From an uncultured Spirochaetota bacterium (GTDB lineage Bacteria > Spirochaetota > UBA4802 > UBA5550), in contig CALOBT010000025.1 of NCBI GenBank assembly GCA_942491575.1, positions 1,664,299-1,728,298 on the forward strand: DNA of 64,000 nt, given 5' to 3'. Below the pieces are notes generated by a model. The model did no database searches and was not told the origin of the DNA. It saw only the letters and a program-made list of their open reading frames with translations. Both the position numbers and the translations under genes were made by a program. The stretch's first letter is position 1, and each line of letters opens with the position of its first letter. Shown here in pieces: positions 18,835-28,428 of this stretch.

Positions 18835-20229
18835 ATGGATTACAACAAAGAATACACTCAGAAACTTGGCTCGGCAGAAAAGGCAGTTTCCGCAATAAGT
18901 TCAGGAGACGTAGTAGACTACGGATCCTTCAATGGAAAACCCGTGTTATGCGATATAGCCCTGGCGAACAGACATGAAGAACTTAAAGACGTCAGCGTTT
19001 ATGCGGCAGTAACGGTACCACCAGTACCGGAGGTATCAAAATTCCCGGAAAGTTTTACTTACAGCGACTGGCACTGGTCTAAACTGACCCGCATGCTGGG
19101 ATTCCACGGACAGCCATTTTATGCCCCCATTCTGTACCAGCGCGCTCCCTTTCTGCACCGTAATGCCCGTCCCCGGTCGTACCGCTCAGTCTACTACGAC
19201 AGGCCTGATGCCAACGATGTAAAATCCATTGCCATCCTGCAGACGGGTCCCATGGATAAATACGGTTACTTTAATTTCGGCCCCCAGTGTTCCCACACCT
19301 GCGCCTGTGTTGATACGGCTGACATTGTTATTGTGGAAGTTAATCCTAACCAGCCTAAATGTATCGGCGTCGAGAATTCAGTACACCTCTCAAAAATTCA
19401 CCACATCGTAGAAGCCCCTGAGGGACAGCAGTTATTCCCGATGCCGGGGGACAAGCACTCCGAAGTGGATATGCAGATAGCCAACCACATCATGCGCTAC
19501 ATCCATGACGGCTGCTGCATCCAGCTCGGTATCGGCGGGATGCCGAACCTTGTGGGTGAAATGATTGCCGAGTCTGACCTGAAAAACCTTGGGGGACATA
19601 CGGAGATGTTCGTAGATGCCTTCGTAAAGATGATCGAGGCCGGGAAAATGAACGGCAGCAAAAAAAATATAGACCATGACCTCTGTGCTTATACCTTCGC
19701 GCTTGGCAGCCAGTATATGTATGAGTTCATGGACAATAATCCAGGCCTTATCGCCTATCCCGTTGATTATACCAACAACGACGAAATCATCGGACAAATC
19801 GACAACTTTGTAAGCATTAACAATGCCCTCCAGGTTGACCTCTTTACCCAGGTAAATGCGGAAAGCATGGTAACAGACGGAAGACACCAGCAGATTTCAG
19901 GTAACGGTGGGATGCTTGACTTTGTCATGGGATCTCATAAATCATACCGGGGAAGAAGTTTCATCTGCATGTCCTCAACCTTCACTGACAAAGATGGAAA
20001 TGTTCAGAGCCGTATCACTCCGAATTTCGAACCCGGGACCATAGTCACTGTCCCCAGGCAGGCGGTTGACTTCATTGTTACCGAATACGGCGCTGAAAGG
20101 ATGCAGGCCTGCTCGACATGGATGCGTGCGGAAAAGCTTATCAATATCGCACACCCTGATTTCAGAGATGACCTGATAAAAAAAGCGGATGAATTCAAAA
20201 TCTGGCGACGCAGCAATAAAATATCATAA
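18835..20229 (+). CDS. Acetyl-CoA hydrolase/transferase family protein (butyryl-CoA:acetate or 4-hydroxybutyrate CoA-transferase type)
   Basis: 464 aa with [21 protein letters not shown] and [10 protein letters not shown], typical of family I CoA-transferases of the Cat1/But type. Confidence 0.8.
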   Translation: MDYNKEYTQKLGSAEKAVSAISSGDVVDYGSFNGKPVLCDIALANRHEELKDVSVYAAVTVPPVPEVSKFPESFTYSDWHWSKLTRMLGFHGQPFYAPILYQRAPFLHRNARPRSYRSVYYDRPDANDVKSIAILQTGPMDKYGYFNFGPQCSHTCACVDTADIVIVEVNPNQPKCIGVENSVHLSKIHHIVEAPEGQQLFPMPGDKHSEVDMQIANHIMRYIHDGCCIQLGIGGMPNLVGEMIAESDLKNLGGHTEMFVDAFVKMIEAGKMNGSKKNIDHDLCAYTFALGSQYMYEFMDNNPGLIAYPVDYTNNDEIIGQIDNFVSINNALQVDLFTQVNAESMVTDGRHQQISGNGGMLDFVMGSHKSYRGRSFICMSSTFTDKDGNVQSRITPNFEPGTIVTVPRQAVDFIVTEYGAERMQACSTWMRAEKLINIAHPDFRDDLIKKADEFKIWRRSNKIS

Positions 20230-20232
20230 ATT

Positions 20233-20262
20233 AAAAAAGCCCGCTCTTATGCGGGCTTTTTT
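20233..20262. terminator. Bidirectional intrinsic terminator
   Basis: aaaaaa-gcccgc-tcttat-gcgggc-tttttt between the convergent CoA-transferase and mqnA genes. Confidence 0.85.
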
Positions 20263-20335
20263 AATTTAAACATGAACCTTCTTTTTCTCTGTTAATAAAA
20301 CCATTTGTGTCCCTTTACATTATTCAGAAAAAAAA

Positions 20336-21145
20336 TCACTTCTCATAATAATTAATTAACCCCACCGGTTCAAGAAGCCCCAGCGATGCCGCCTCATCAA
20401 AGTAGAACCTGAGGGCCTCTTTCAGAGACGGTGTAAAATCAAATTTCAACAATTTATAATAATGTTTAATATCATAATGTATTTCAGGATATTTCTCTCC
20501 CGCAAGACGAACCACTTCCTCTTCATTGGTACGCAGCTCCTGCAGGGAAAGGCTGTATGAAGCGATTATCTTTTTCACTGTCTCGGGTTTTTTTTCGAAG
20601 GATGACTTCCTTACCACGAAAACTGCAAAAACAACGGGATGACCGGTTTTCCGCAGCCAGAGATCACCAAGGTCATAGCTGTATTGAATCGGTTCAGCTG
20701 AATCGAGCATTGCCTCATTGCCGATTACAAGGGCACCATCGATATCTTCATAATCTGGATTGGGATCTACGGTTACATATTCCGGTTTTACACCATAATA
20801 TTTTTCCAGTAATATTTTCAGGAGGATAACACTGGTTTGTGAAGCGGAAGTCAGGCCTATTTTCCTGCCATCCAAATTTTCTATGGGTACCTTGCAGTTT
20901 AAAACAACAGACTTTACATAACCTACAGAACTGAGACAGAAATAGGGAAGCACCATAACATTATTCTGAATATCAGCAAATGCCGCGGAGGAAACGGGAC
21001 TAAGATCCAGTTCATTATTCAGCATCATCCGGTTAAGACCGCCGGGATATGCTGGTACAACCTGTACATCCCTTATCGGTTCCTTCTCAAACATGTGATA
21101 ATAAAAGGGGTAACAGTTCAGGTAATCAATATATCCGAGTTTCAT
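20336..21145 (-). CDS. mqnA: Chorismate dehydratase (futalosine pathway)
   Basis: MKLGYIDYLNCYPFYY N-terminus and a periplasmic-binding-protein-like length (269 aa). Sits immediately downstream of mqnE. Confidence 0.8.
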   Translation of the reverse strand: MKLGYIDYLNCYPFYYHMFEKEPIRDVQVVPAYPGGLNRMMLNNELDLSPVSSAAFADIQNNVMVLPYFCLSSVGYVKSVVLNCKVPIENLDGRKIGLTSASQTSVILLKILLEKYYGVKPEYVTVDPNPDYEDIDGALVIGNEAMLDSAEPIQYSYDLGDLWLRKTGHPVVFAVFVVRKSSFEKKPETVKKIIASYSLSLQELRTNEEEVVRLAGEKYPEIHYDIKHYYKLLKFDFTPSLKEALRFYFDEAASLGLLEPVGLINYYEK

Positions 21146-21171
21146 TGAATTTTATTTCTCCAGATAAATGT

Positions 21172-22278
21172 CTATTGCGCAGAGCCCTTTATTTTGTAGT
21201 CAGCTGTGGCACGAACCGGCTCACGCCCTGCGGAGGTTATAAGACGCCGTAAATGCTTTTCTGTTCCGTAGTCCGGTGTTCCCGCCCCAGCTGCATGCAC
21301 CACCTTCTCATAGTGGTAGGTTGCGCCGATATCATCAACACCAAAATTTAAGAGGAGCTGTGCCATTTTTTCACCCACATACATCCAGAGGGCCTTAATA
21401 TGGGGAATATTCCGCAGAAAAATTCTCGCCGTGGCGTACAGGCGAATATCATCATAGCCGGTACTGATCTTCCTCTTTGATTTGATCCTGGTATTCTCTT
21501 CATGAAACTGCAGGGGCACGAAGGTTTTAAAACCGCCGGTTTCTTTTTGCACTTCACGAAGCAGTGACATATGGTTTATGATATCATCGAGATCTTCAAT
21601 GTGATTATAGAGAAGTGTCGCATTGGTTTTGAGTCCCATGCCGTGGGCTATTTTCATAACCTCAAGCCATCGACTGCCTGAAATCTTTTTCGGAGCAATA
21701 ATTTTCCGCTTATCCTCCGCGAATATTTCAGCCCCCCCTCCGGGGATTGCCCCAAGTCCCGCATTGATGAGACGACTCATAACTTCTTCTACCGTCAGAT
21801 TATTCAGCCTTGCGAAATAATCATATTCTGCCGCAGTAAAGGCAACTATGAACAGATCAGGTTTTATCGCTTTTATCCGGCGAAGCATCTCCTCGAAGTA
21901 GTCGAGTTTTAATTCAGGGTGGAGTCCCCCGACAATATGCACCTCGTCGATACCAAAGGAAACCGCCTCGCGGACTCGCTCTTCGATATCATCAAGGCTG
22001 TAAAGATACGCATTCTCGTCACCTTCATCGCAGGAAAAGGCACAGAGGGGACAGCGGAGTTCACAGATATTGGTGTAATTCATATTCATATTCACACCGT
22101 AATAGGCCCGGTTCCCGTTGATCTCCTCGCGTACATGATTTGCCATGGCGCCGAGACCGATGATATCATTGGTTGTCATCAGCATATGTGCATCTTCGGG
22201 GGTTATATCCTCCCCGGCACTGACTTTAAGTGCGATGGGACGGAGATTTGGATCGATTATATTTTTCGGATCAAGCAT
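21172..22278 (-). CDS. mqnE: Radical SAM aminofutalosine synthase
   Basis: NYTNICELRCPLCAF (CxxxCxxC), EVHIVGGLHP, GGGAEIF, GLKTNATLLYNHIED, FVPLQF. Paralog of the 14366-15424 gene. The MqnE assignment comes from recalled signature blocks and adjacency to mqnA. Confidence 0.7.
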   Translation of the reverse strand: MLDPKNIIDPNLRPIALKVSAGEDITPEDAHMLMTTNDIIGLGAMANHVREEINGNRAYYGVNMNMNYTNICELRCPLCAFSCDEGDENAYLYSLDDIEERVREAVSFGIDEVHIVGGLHPELKLDYFEEMLRRIKAIKPDLFIVAFTAAEYDYFARLNNLTVEEVMSRLINAGLGAIPGGGAEIFAEDKRKIIAPKKISGSRWLEVMKIAHGMGLKTNATLLYNHIEDLDDIINHMSLLREVQKETGGFKTFVPLQFHEENTRIKSKRKISTGYDDIRLYATARIFLRNIPHIKALWMYVGEKMAQLLLNFGVDDIGATYHYEKVVHAAGAGTPDYGTEKHLRRLITSAGREPVRATADYKIKGSAQ

Positions 22279-22397
22279 GGTTTATTCTCTGCATCAGTTA
22301 TTTCAAAATATCCTGTATACATGCAATAGCTCACGGGGCCTTTATTTTTCAATAATAAAAAAGAAAAACCAGAGATATAGCAGCATGCTGCTCTAAC

Positions 22398-22994
22398 TCA
22401 ATCTCCTGCCCAGGGGGGAAAGAGGTCGTGATCGACATTCAGAAGATTTAAAATTTTCCCAACAATAAAATCGATAACGTCATCAATGGTTTTCGGATGA
22501 GTATAGAATCCCGGTACGGGCATTACAATTTCCGCACCGGCACGTTTCACCGACGCGAGATTTTCGATATGCACCAGGCTCATGGGGGTCTCCCGCGGGA
22601 CCAGGATGAGGCGGCGTTCTTCCTTCAGCGCCACATCCGCACCCCGTGTAATCAGGGAATCACTGTATCCATGTGCCACCGCTGCGAGGGTCTTCATGGA
22701 ACAGGGGACAATAATCAGGGCTTTAAACTTTGCCGTCCCGCTGGCGAGGGGAGTAAAATAATCCTTCGGTGAGTATTCACGGAGACGCTCTGCATTAACT
22801 TCCTTACCCAAAGCATCAAACATTTCATGAACCGTCCCGGGTACCGTTCCCCCCCCGAAGAGTTCATAGCCTATGGTTGCCCTGGCATCATGAGAGATTA
22901 CCGCTCCCACATCCTCCTGGTGCCGAAGCAGCTCTTCAATCAGACGCAGTCCCAGAACAGGTCCGCTGGCACCGGTTATTGCAACATGATACAT
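22398..22994 (-). CDS. ubiX: Flavin prenyltransferase (UbiX family)
   Basis: ITGASGPVLGLRLIEEL, IVPCSMKTLAAVAHGYSDSLITR. Confidence 0.9.
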   Translation of the reverse strand: MYHVAITGASGPVLGLRLIEELLRHQEDVGAVISHDARATIGYELFGGGTVPGTVHEMFDALGKEVNAERLREYSPKDYFTPLASGTAKFKALIIVPCSMKTLAAVAHGYSDSLITRGADVALKEERRLILVPRETPMSLVHIENLASVKRAGAEIVMPVPGFYTHPKTIDDVIDFIVGKILNLLNVDHDLFPPWAGD

Positions 22995-23118
22995 CTATAA
23001 TCTCCTTCGAATCTTTTCCCTGGAACAGACGCTGTCGAAGCCACCTCGCGCTTTTTTACTTTCCTGTATGAAACATATATAAAGATGATGCGTCAACGTA
23101 TATTTTTTAACAACCGCA

Positions 23119-24171
23119 TCAATCTTTTTGACGAACATGGTCATGCCGGTGATGAAGGTCAGGCTCATGGGGATGGCTATGCTCCCCCCCATGGTGTACA
23201 TGTGTATGAATATGAGGTTTTCCCGCAATAACTCCGGCATGATCGTGGTCGTGATGATCGTCATCGTGCCTATGGAGGTGTATATGTTCCCTATACTCAT
23301 GGCTGTGAAAATGGTGATGGGTGTCACGGACGATAAGAATAATAGAAACCATCATAATCAGGGCTGCCGCAATCTGGAGGGGGGAAATACTTTCCCCGAG
23401 GAGAATGACGGAAAATATCACACCGATAAAGGGTGAAGAGGCGAAAACAATCTGGCTCCTGGTTGCTCCAAGGTTCTGGGCGGAAGTGATATAGAGCATG
23501 ATACTTATGCCATAGGCGAAAAGTCCCGTAATCATTGCAGAAATAAAAATTTCCGGGGAAACTGCATGTGTACCGTGATAAAAATATCCGAGAATAATAT
23601 TTACAGAACCTGCAGCTACGCCCTTGATACAGGTTGACTCCCCCGGTGTGATCTCATCCACCAGTGCCGTAAAATGATTGTCCAGTCCCCAGCAGATACA
23701 GGCAATACCGACGAGAATTGCCGCAGTCACGCCTGAACTTCCTTCATTAAAACTTAGAAGGACCCCCGCCGAAAGGGTCAGCACTACGGAGAACCACCCC
23801 CCCTTATCAAGGTGGTCTTTAAAAATAAAATGACCAAGGAGGGCCGTCGCCGCCAGCTCAAGATTCAGCCAGAGCGATACGGAGGCTGCAGAGGCGTATT
23901 GCAGTCCGAATAGAAGAAATATGGGACCCAGGATTCCCCCGAAGAGCACCGCGGAGGAAATTTTCTTCATATTTTTCCCCTTCATCCGGAGAAAAATTCC
24001 GCTCTTTCTGCGCATCAGCACGAAGGGGAGCATACCGATACCGGCACCGAGATAGAGAAATCCAGCAAGATAAAAAACCGGCAGATCCTCCAGCAGTTTT
24101 TTGCTGACGGGAGTAGCCGCTCCGAAAAGAATTGCTGAAATAATTGCGATGGATATATATCTTATTTTCAT
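23119..24171 (-). CDS. EamA/DMT-family transporter with a 69-aa histidine-rich C-terminal tail
   Basis: About ten hydrophobic helices in two EamA-like halves. The tail RDTHHHFHSHEYREHIHLHRHDDDHHDHDH...HRHDHVRQKD has 25 His in 69 residues. Start is ambiguous (ATG 24171 preferred; 24201 and 24243 also possible). Confidence 0.75.
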   Translation of the reverse strand: MKIRYISIAIISAILFGAATPVSKKLLEDLPVFYLAGFLYLGAGIGMLPFVLMRRKSGIFLRMKGKNMKKISSAVLFGGILGPIFLLFGLQYASAASVSLWLNLELAATALLGHFIFKDHLDKGGWFSVVLTLSAGVLLSFNEGSSGVTAAILVGIACICWGLDNHFTALVDEITPGESTCIKGVAAGSVNIILGYFYHGTHAVSPEIFISAMITGLFAYGISIMLYITSAQNLGATRSQIVFASSPFIGVIFSVILLGESISPLQIAAALIMMVSIILIVRDTHHHFHSHEYREHIHLHRHDDDHHDHDHAGVIAGKPHIHTHVHHGGEHSHPHEPDLHHRHDHVRQKD

Positions 24172-24445
24172 TTCAATCTGTATTATAAAAAATTTAGTCA
24201 TTTTCGACAGGAGACTCCATCTTTTCAAGGATATTACCTCCATCGATACCTGGGGGAATACAAAAACAAACCAATCGTTTTAATGGACTAATATTATTTT
24301 GGTTGACTAACTTACCGCATTAAATATAATGCCTGTTATAAAGAATAAAACAGGGAACACCCGTGGAAGTATTTTTCATCATTTTCATGAATATCAGGAA
24401 GAAGGAAGTCAGCGGAACAGGAGAAATTAATCTTGGGATAGAGTT

Positions 24446-24480
24446 ATTTCTGCCTGGGAGTCATCAACGCAGGCAGAAAT
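24446..24480 (-). terminator. Hairpin downstream of the ferredoxin gene (putative terminator)
   Basis: Perfect 11-bp stem atttctgcctg / caggcagaaat with a 13-nt loop, 10 nt after the ferredoxin stop. The U-tract is weak. Confidence 0.5.
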
Positions 24481-24489
24481 ATAATCCGG

Positions 24490-24660
24490 TTATTTTTCAG
24501 GGCTGATAGCCTCTACGGGACAAACATCTGCACATGCGCCGCAGTCTGTGCAGGTATCAGGATCAATCACGTAGGGAGATCCTTCAGAGATTGCATCTAC
24601 CGGACACTCAGGCATGCATGATCCGCATTCGGTACATTCATCAGAAATAATATAGGCCAT
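24490..24660 (-). CDS. 2x[4Fe-4S] ferredoxin
   Basis: 56 aa MAYIISDECTECGSCMPECP...CTDCGACADVCP (two CxxCxxCxxxCP motifs). A strong SD AAGGAGG lies upstream of ATG 24660; the track's longer start at 24732 was rejected. Confidence 0.9.
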   Translation of the reverse strand: MAYIISDECTECGSCMPECPVDAISEGSPYVIDPDTCTDCGACADVCPVEAISPEK

Positions 24661-24933
24661 AATAGCCCTCCTTATCTGCTTATTTTGTGATGCAATAATA
24701 CGTTGATAAGGGATATTTGTCAAATCTGACATAGAAAAAAATTTCGCTTGTTTGATTCGGCTAATTTAGAGGCAGACTAATTCAATAAACCTGAAATTCA
24801 ATCTGCAAAAATAAATTGACAAAAAAAGTGAGTTAGTAAGTATTAACTAACATTATTGTAATTTTACTTCGTGCCGGGACAGAAATGCAATGCCATTCAA
24901 AGGCAAACCGGCAATCAAACAGGAGAAAAAAGT

Positions 24934-25701
24934 ATGAAAAATAATATACGCACCGGTAATACCGAAAACAAAAAAAATAAATTAAGTCTGACTAAAGGCA
25001 TTACCTTTTCACTGCTTATTTTCATTACAACAAATCTTTTTGCCCTCGACACTACAGAAACCTTTACTCCCGGGGCGGTTACCGAATTCGAAGGCTACTA
25101 TTCCATGGGGGCAAACTCATCAGGGCGCAGCCATGACCTGGAACTGCTCATTGGAGGGGGCTTCACAAAAAATTTCAGCTATGGGGTAACAACAGCAATT
25201 ACCATGAACGGCAGCGACACTGAAATTTCCAGTATCGGCCTCGGATTTACCTGGACCATTATTGATAATGACAGAATTGCCTTTGATTTATTGCCATATG
25301 GAGGGCTGAATGCCTGCTGTCAGGAAGGCCACATCAGCTATCCCGGTCTTGATGCCTACTCCTTCGGTACTGACATGGAACTGAATTTCAAATTTATCCG
25401 GACTGCTGAACCCTTTCTCCAGAGCGGCTTCGGAGCCTCCTATCACAGGGATGACAACAAGCTTCACTGGAGCATACCAATGGCTGTAGGAGTGATGGTT
25501 CCCCTGTCTGAAAATACCGAATTTTTCCTCCAGGCTGGATGGGCCCCGGCAGATGAGAATACCTGGGCCGGCTCAGAGCGTATCATTGCCGCAGGATTAA
25601 ATGCCATGGTGGGTGCCAGTCTCGAATTAATCACTGAGACTTCCTGGGAATTCAGCAGCAATAATCTCTCCCTGAATCTGGGGCTGATTTACGCCCTTTA
25701 A
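24934..25701 (+). CDS. Exported protein, possibly an outer-membrane beta-barrel
   Basis: ATG 24934 with SD AGGAG. Signal-like LLIFITTNLFA, then alternating hydrophobic/polar beta-strand-like pattern rich in G/Y/F/W. No specific family recognised. Confidence 0.45.
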   Translation: MKNNIRTGNTENKKNKLSLTKGITFSLLIFITTNLFALDTTETFTPGAVTEFEGYYSMGANSSGRSHDLELLIGGGFTKNFSYGVTTAITMNGSDTEISSIGLGFTWTIIDNDRIAFDLLPYGGLNACCQEGHISYPGLDAYSFGTDMELNFKFIRTAEPFLQSGFGASYHRDDNKLHWSIPMAVGVMVPLSENTEFFLQAGWAPADENTWAGSERIIAAGLNAMVGASLELITETSWEFSSNNLSLNLGLIYAL

Positions 25702-25738
25702 TACCGCGCTTACAGCTAAGCTGTGCACAGGTGGGTTT

Positions 25739-25767
25739 AAAAAATGCCGCCCAGTAAAGGGCGGCAT
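25739..25767 (-). terminator. Intrinsic terminator after the TonB-dependent receptor gene
   Basis: 9-bp stem atgccgccc / gggcggcat with loop agtaaa. On the minus strand it is followed by TTTTT. It sits between convergent genes. Confidence 0.75.
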
Positions 25768-25800
25768 AAGAAAAGTGTTATTACAAATTATGGTTAAAAA

Positions 25801-27942
25801 TTAAAAGGAAGCCTTCGCTCCCATGTAATAGGTTCGTGGTTTGGCAGGCCCATAGACATAGCCGGCATCACGCTCGCCGGTTACAGCATTTCCGGAAACA
25901 TCCAGACTGTCCAGATCCTTCTGGTATGAGTTACCGATATTATCTATACCGGCGAATACTTCGAGATTTCCATTACCTGCGATACGAAACTTATAGGCGA
26001 GCCGGGCATTAAACACCGCAAAGACATCCGTCTCTACAAGGCCGCCCACATTATCATTGTAGATTTTCTGTTTTCCAATAATTACATTGGAGAAACTCGC
26101 CGTCAGTCCCTTCCAGAAAAAGTCAAGGCTGGTGAAACCGCCAATATTCGGAACTTCCTGCATTTTTGTGCCATCTTCCAGTTTGTACATCTGCATTACC
26201 GTGAAACCACTGCTGAGCTTAGCCCATTTTGACCAGGATACTGCAAGTTCAAGATTATAGCCGAGCAGCTTTGACGTACCATCCACATTAACCCGGTCAA
26301 AATAATTGATCTGGTTGACCGCATCCACCTCACTGGGATTTTCGTAATCGACTTCCATCTTGTCCTTAATTAGGGTAAAGAAAAGACCTGCCCCCGCTTC
26401 GATATCAAATTTACCGAAATCAATATCAGCGCTGAAATCAGAGCTGACACTGTGACTGGTTTCCGCCTTCAGGTTTGATGCATTACGGAGTCTTCGTGCA
26501 TAGGTGGAACCGGCAGAGGTTGACTGCTCAATATGAAAGTCTTCATCAAAAACCTGGGGAGCCTTGAATCCGGTGCTCCACCCGATTCGCCATCGCAGGT
26601 CATCGGTTATTTTCCAGATTCCATTAAAGCGCGGAGATACCTTGACCGTGTCCATTTCCGAATGCTTATCAATTCTTAAGCCCCCCACAAAATTAAAAAG
26701 TTTATGATCCCAGTCAGCCTGAAGGAAACCGCCGATATTGTGATACTCCTCGTCTACGGATGCGGTATTATCAACTGCAGTTCCATCCCACAAGTCATCA
26801 TGCATGAATTCTACCCCACCGGTGAGAGTCAGCGGTTTCAAGATTTTGTAATGCAATATGGTTGAGGCAAGGTGATAAGGATTTTTTGAACGGCCATATT
26901 CATCCATTGCACCTGCCAGTTCAGAACTGTCTGTAATATCACTGCGGGCACCGTAGTATGTCTGTCTCACCATATAGGAGAAGTTATAATTCACCTCATA
27001 AAACATCTTCTCATTTACTTCATGTTCGAATTTCAACATTGCCACGGTAATGTCACTTTGAATTTCTTCCGCAACGAATGCTATGGGAGCCGGACTATCA
27101 ATATGATCGCCGCCACGCCGGTACTCATGGATGTTGAAAAACTGAAAGGTCAGATCCATTCCACTGCCGAAGTTATAGAAACCGTTTCCCCCGAACATGG
27201 TATTCTGCAGCTTCGCAAGGTCGGATACATTGTCTCCATTTCGGTCATAGGGATCCAGCTCCTGGCGGCTGCCGTAGAGAGCAATACCCATTTTACCCGA
27301 AGGTGCCACTGCCGAGGCATATCCGGAGACAATCCATGCCATACTGTCCGTACCCTCAAGAAACTCGTATTTGGTACCGAATGAGGCATTATTGGAATTG
27401 GGCTTTCGGGTAATAATATTGACCACTCCGCCGATGGCGCCGCTTCCATAGAGGGCAGACCCTCCTCCTTTTACAACCTCAACCCTTTCGACCATCTCAA
27501 CCGGTACCTGCTGAAAAAAATAGGTGCCTGCAAGATTTGAAATACCGGGTACACCGTTCACCAGAATCTGGGTATAGTTTCCTTCAAGTCCATTGAGACG
27601 TACCGTATTAAGACCGCAGTTCTGGCACTGGTTGTCCGCTACGATACCACTTTCACCATTAAGGGCATCAAAGAGGGTATTGGCGCTTTTTGTCTCCATC
27701 TTTTTCCGATCTACCACTTCGGTTTTTACCGGCGCCGTACGGTAGAATTTTTTTGTACGGGTTCCCGTCACTACTATCCGCGCGTCTTTCTCCGATGTTT
27801 TTTTCTTTGAAACGACCTTGTCATCACCGGACTCTTTCTTTTCATCTCCGGTTTCTATTTTAAATTCCTGTGCCATGGTTACCCCGCTACTGCAGATAAA
27901 AACAGCAGCAAGAACCAATAAAAAATTATTACTTATTTTCAT
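25801..27942 (-). CDS. TonB-dependent outer-membrane receptor
   Basis: Signal peptide, plug (VVTGTRT..., NQCQNCGLNTVRLNGLEGNYTQILVNGVP, VERVEVVKGGGSALYGSGAIGGVVNIITR), a long barrel and a terminal ...MGAKASF. Confidence 0.9.
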   Translation of the reverse strand: MKISNNFLLVLAAVFICSSGVTMAQEFKIETGDEKKESGDDKVVSKKKTSEKDARIVVTGTRTKKFYRTAPVKTEVVDRKKMETKSANTLFDALNGESGIVADNQCQNCGLNTVRLNGLEGNYTQILVNGVPGISNLAGTYFFQQVPVEMVERVEVVKGGGSALYGSGAIGGVVNIITRKPNSNNASFGTKYEFLEGTDSMAWIVSGYASAVAPSGKMGIALYGSRQELDPYDRNGDNVSDLAKLQNTMFGGNGFYNFGSGMDLTFQFFNIHEYRRGGDHIDSPAPIAFVAEEIQSDITVAMLKFEHEVNEKMFYEVNYNFSYMVRQTYYGARSDITDSSELAGAMDEYGRSKNPYHLASTILHYKILKPLTLTGGVEFMHDDLWDGTAVDNTASVDEEYHNIGGFLQADWDHKLFNFVGGLRIDKHSEMDTVKVSPRFNGIWKITDDLRWRIGWSTGFKAPQVFDEDFHIEQSTSAGSTYARRLRNASNLKAETSHSVSSDFSADIDFGKFDIEAGAGLFFTLIKDKMEVDYENPSEVDAVNQINYFDRVNVDGTSKLLGYNLELAVSWSKWAKLSSGFTVMQMYKLEDGTKMQEVPNIGGFTSLDFFWKGLTASFSNVIIGKQKIYNDNVGGLVETDVFAVFNARLAYKFRIAGNGNLEVFAGIDNIGNSYQKDLDSLDVSGNAVTGERDAGYVYGPAKPRTYYMGAKASF

Positions 27943-28082
27943 ATTTGTTCCTCCGCATTCAGAATGTTTGCATTCCGAATAAATATACCTGTCCCTTTCT
28001 GATGTTATAAACCAGTTAAGAACTGTTTCGACAGACAGACAATCCTGTTAATTCAATTCTACTGTTCCTGATCCTCCATGAA

Positions 28083-28409
28083 TCAGGCAGCAATTAAGGA
28101 AAGACTATTCGAAGGAGGAGCTCGGATTGAATTTAATGATATTAAAAATTCTGAAAGAAAAATTATATCAAGTTCGGGATAAAATGATTCAGATAGAGAG
28201 ATGACGAATATTCTGATCCACCCCAGATCAAGGAGATCTATATTCAGATACGATGAAAGTTGACAAAAAATATCATAGTCCACCCCAAGGTGCGGATCAA
28301 AGGTCTCCTTCGGCAGGGCGAAGGAGATAAAAGTAAAGGCAAGCAGGAGTACGACAAGAACTGCCTTTCTTTTTTTCATATTTTGCATCAGTTTCCTCAT
28401 AAGAGTCAC
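28083..28409 (-). CDS. Small hypothetical exported protein between tonB and the receptor gene
   Basis: Signal-like MKKRKAVLVVLLLAFTFISFALP. Fits the gap between flanking genes but is low-complexity, so coding status is uncertain. Confidence 0.35.
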   Translation of the reverse strand: MTLMRKLMQNMKKRKAVLVVLLLAFTFISFALPKETFDPHLGVDYDIFCQLSSYLNIDLLDLGWIRIFVISLSESFYPELDIIFLSEFLISLNSIRAPPSNSLSLIAA

Positions 28410-28428
28410 ATTATTATAATCAAGAGTA

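Noticed and set aside
23128-23436. Plus-strand ORF rich in Met/Val (MVMPVMKVRLMGMAM...), and the 22995-23327 minus-strand ORF.
   Set aside because: They are alternate-frame or complementary-strand readings of the His-codon-rich tail of the DMT transporter gene.
27943-28082. Cobalamin or other riboswitch upstream of the TonB-dependent receptor.
   Set aside because: The region is 140 nt with no B12-box-like core or multi-stem architecture. Only short hexamer inverted repeats are present, and these are reported separately as a candidate operator.
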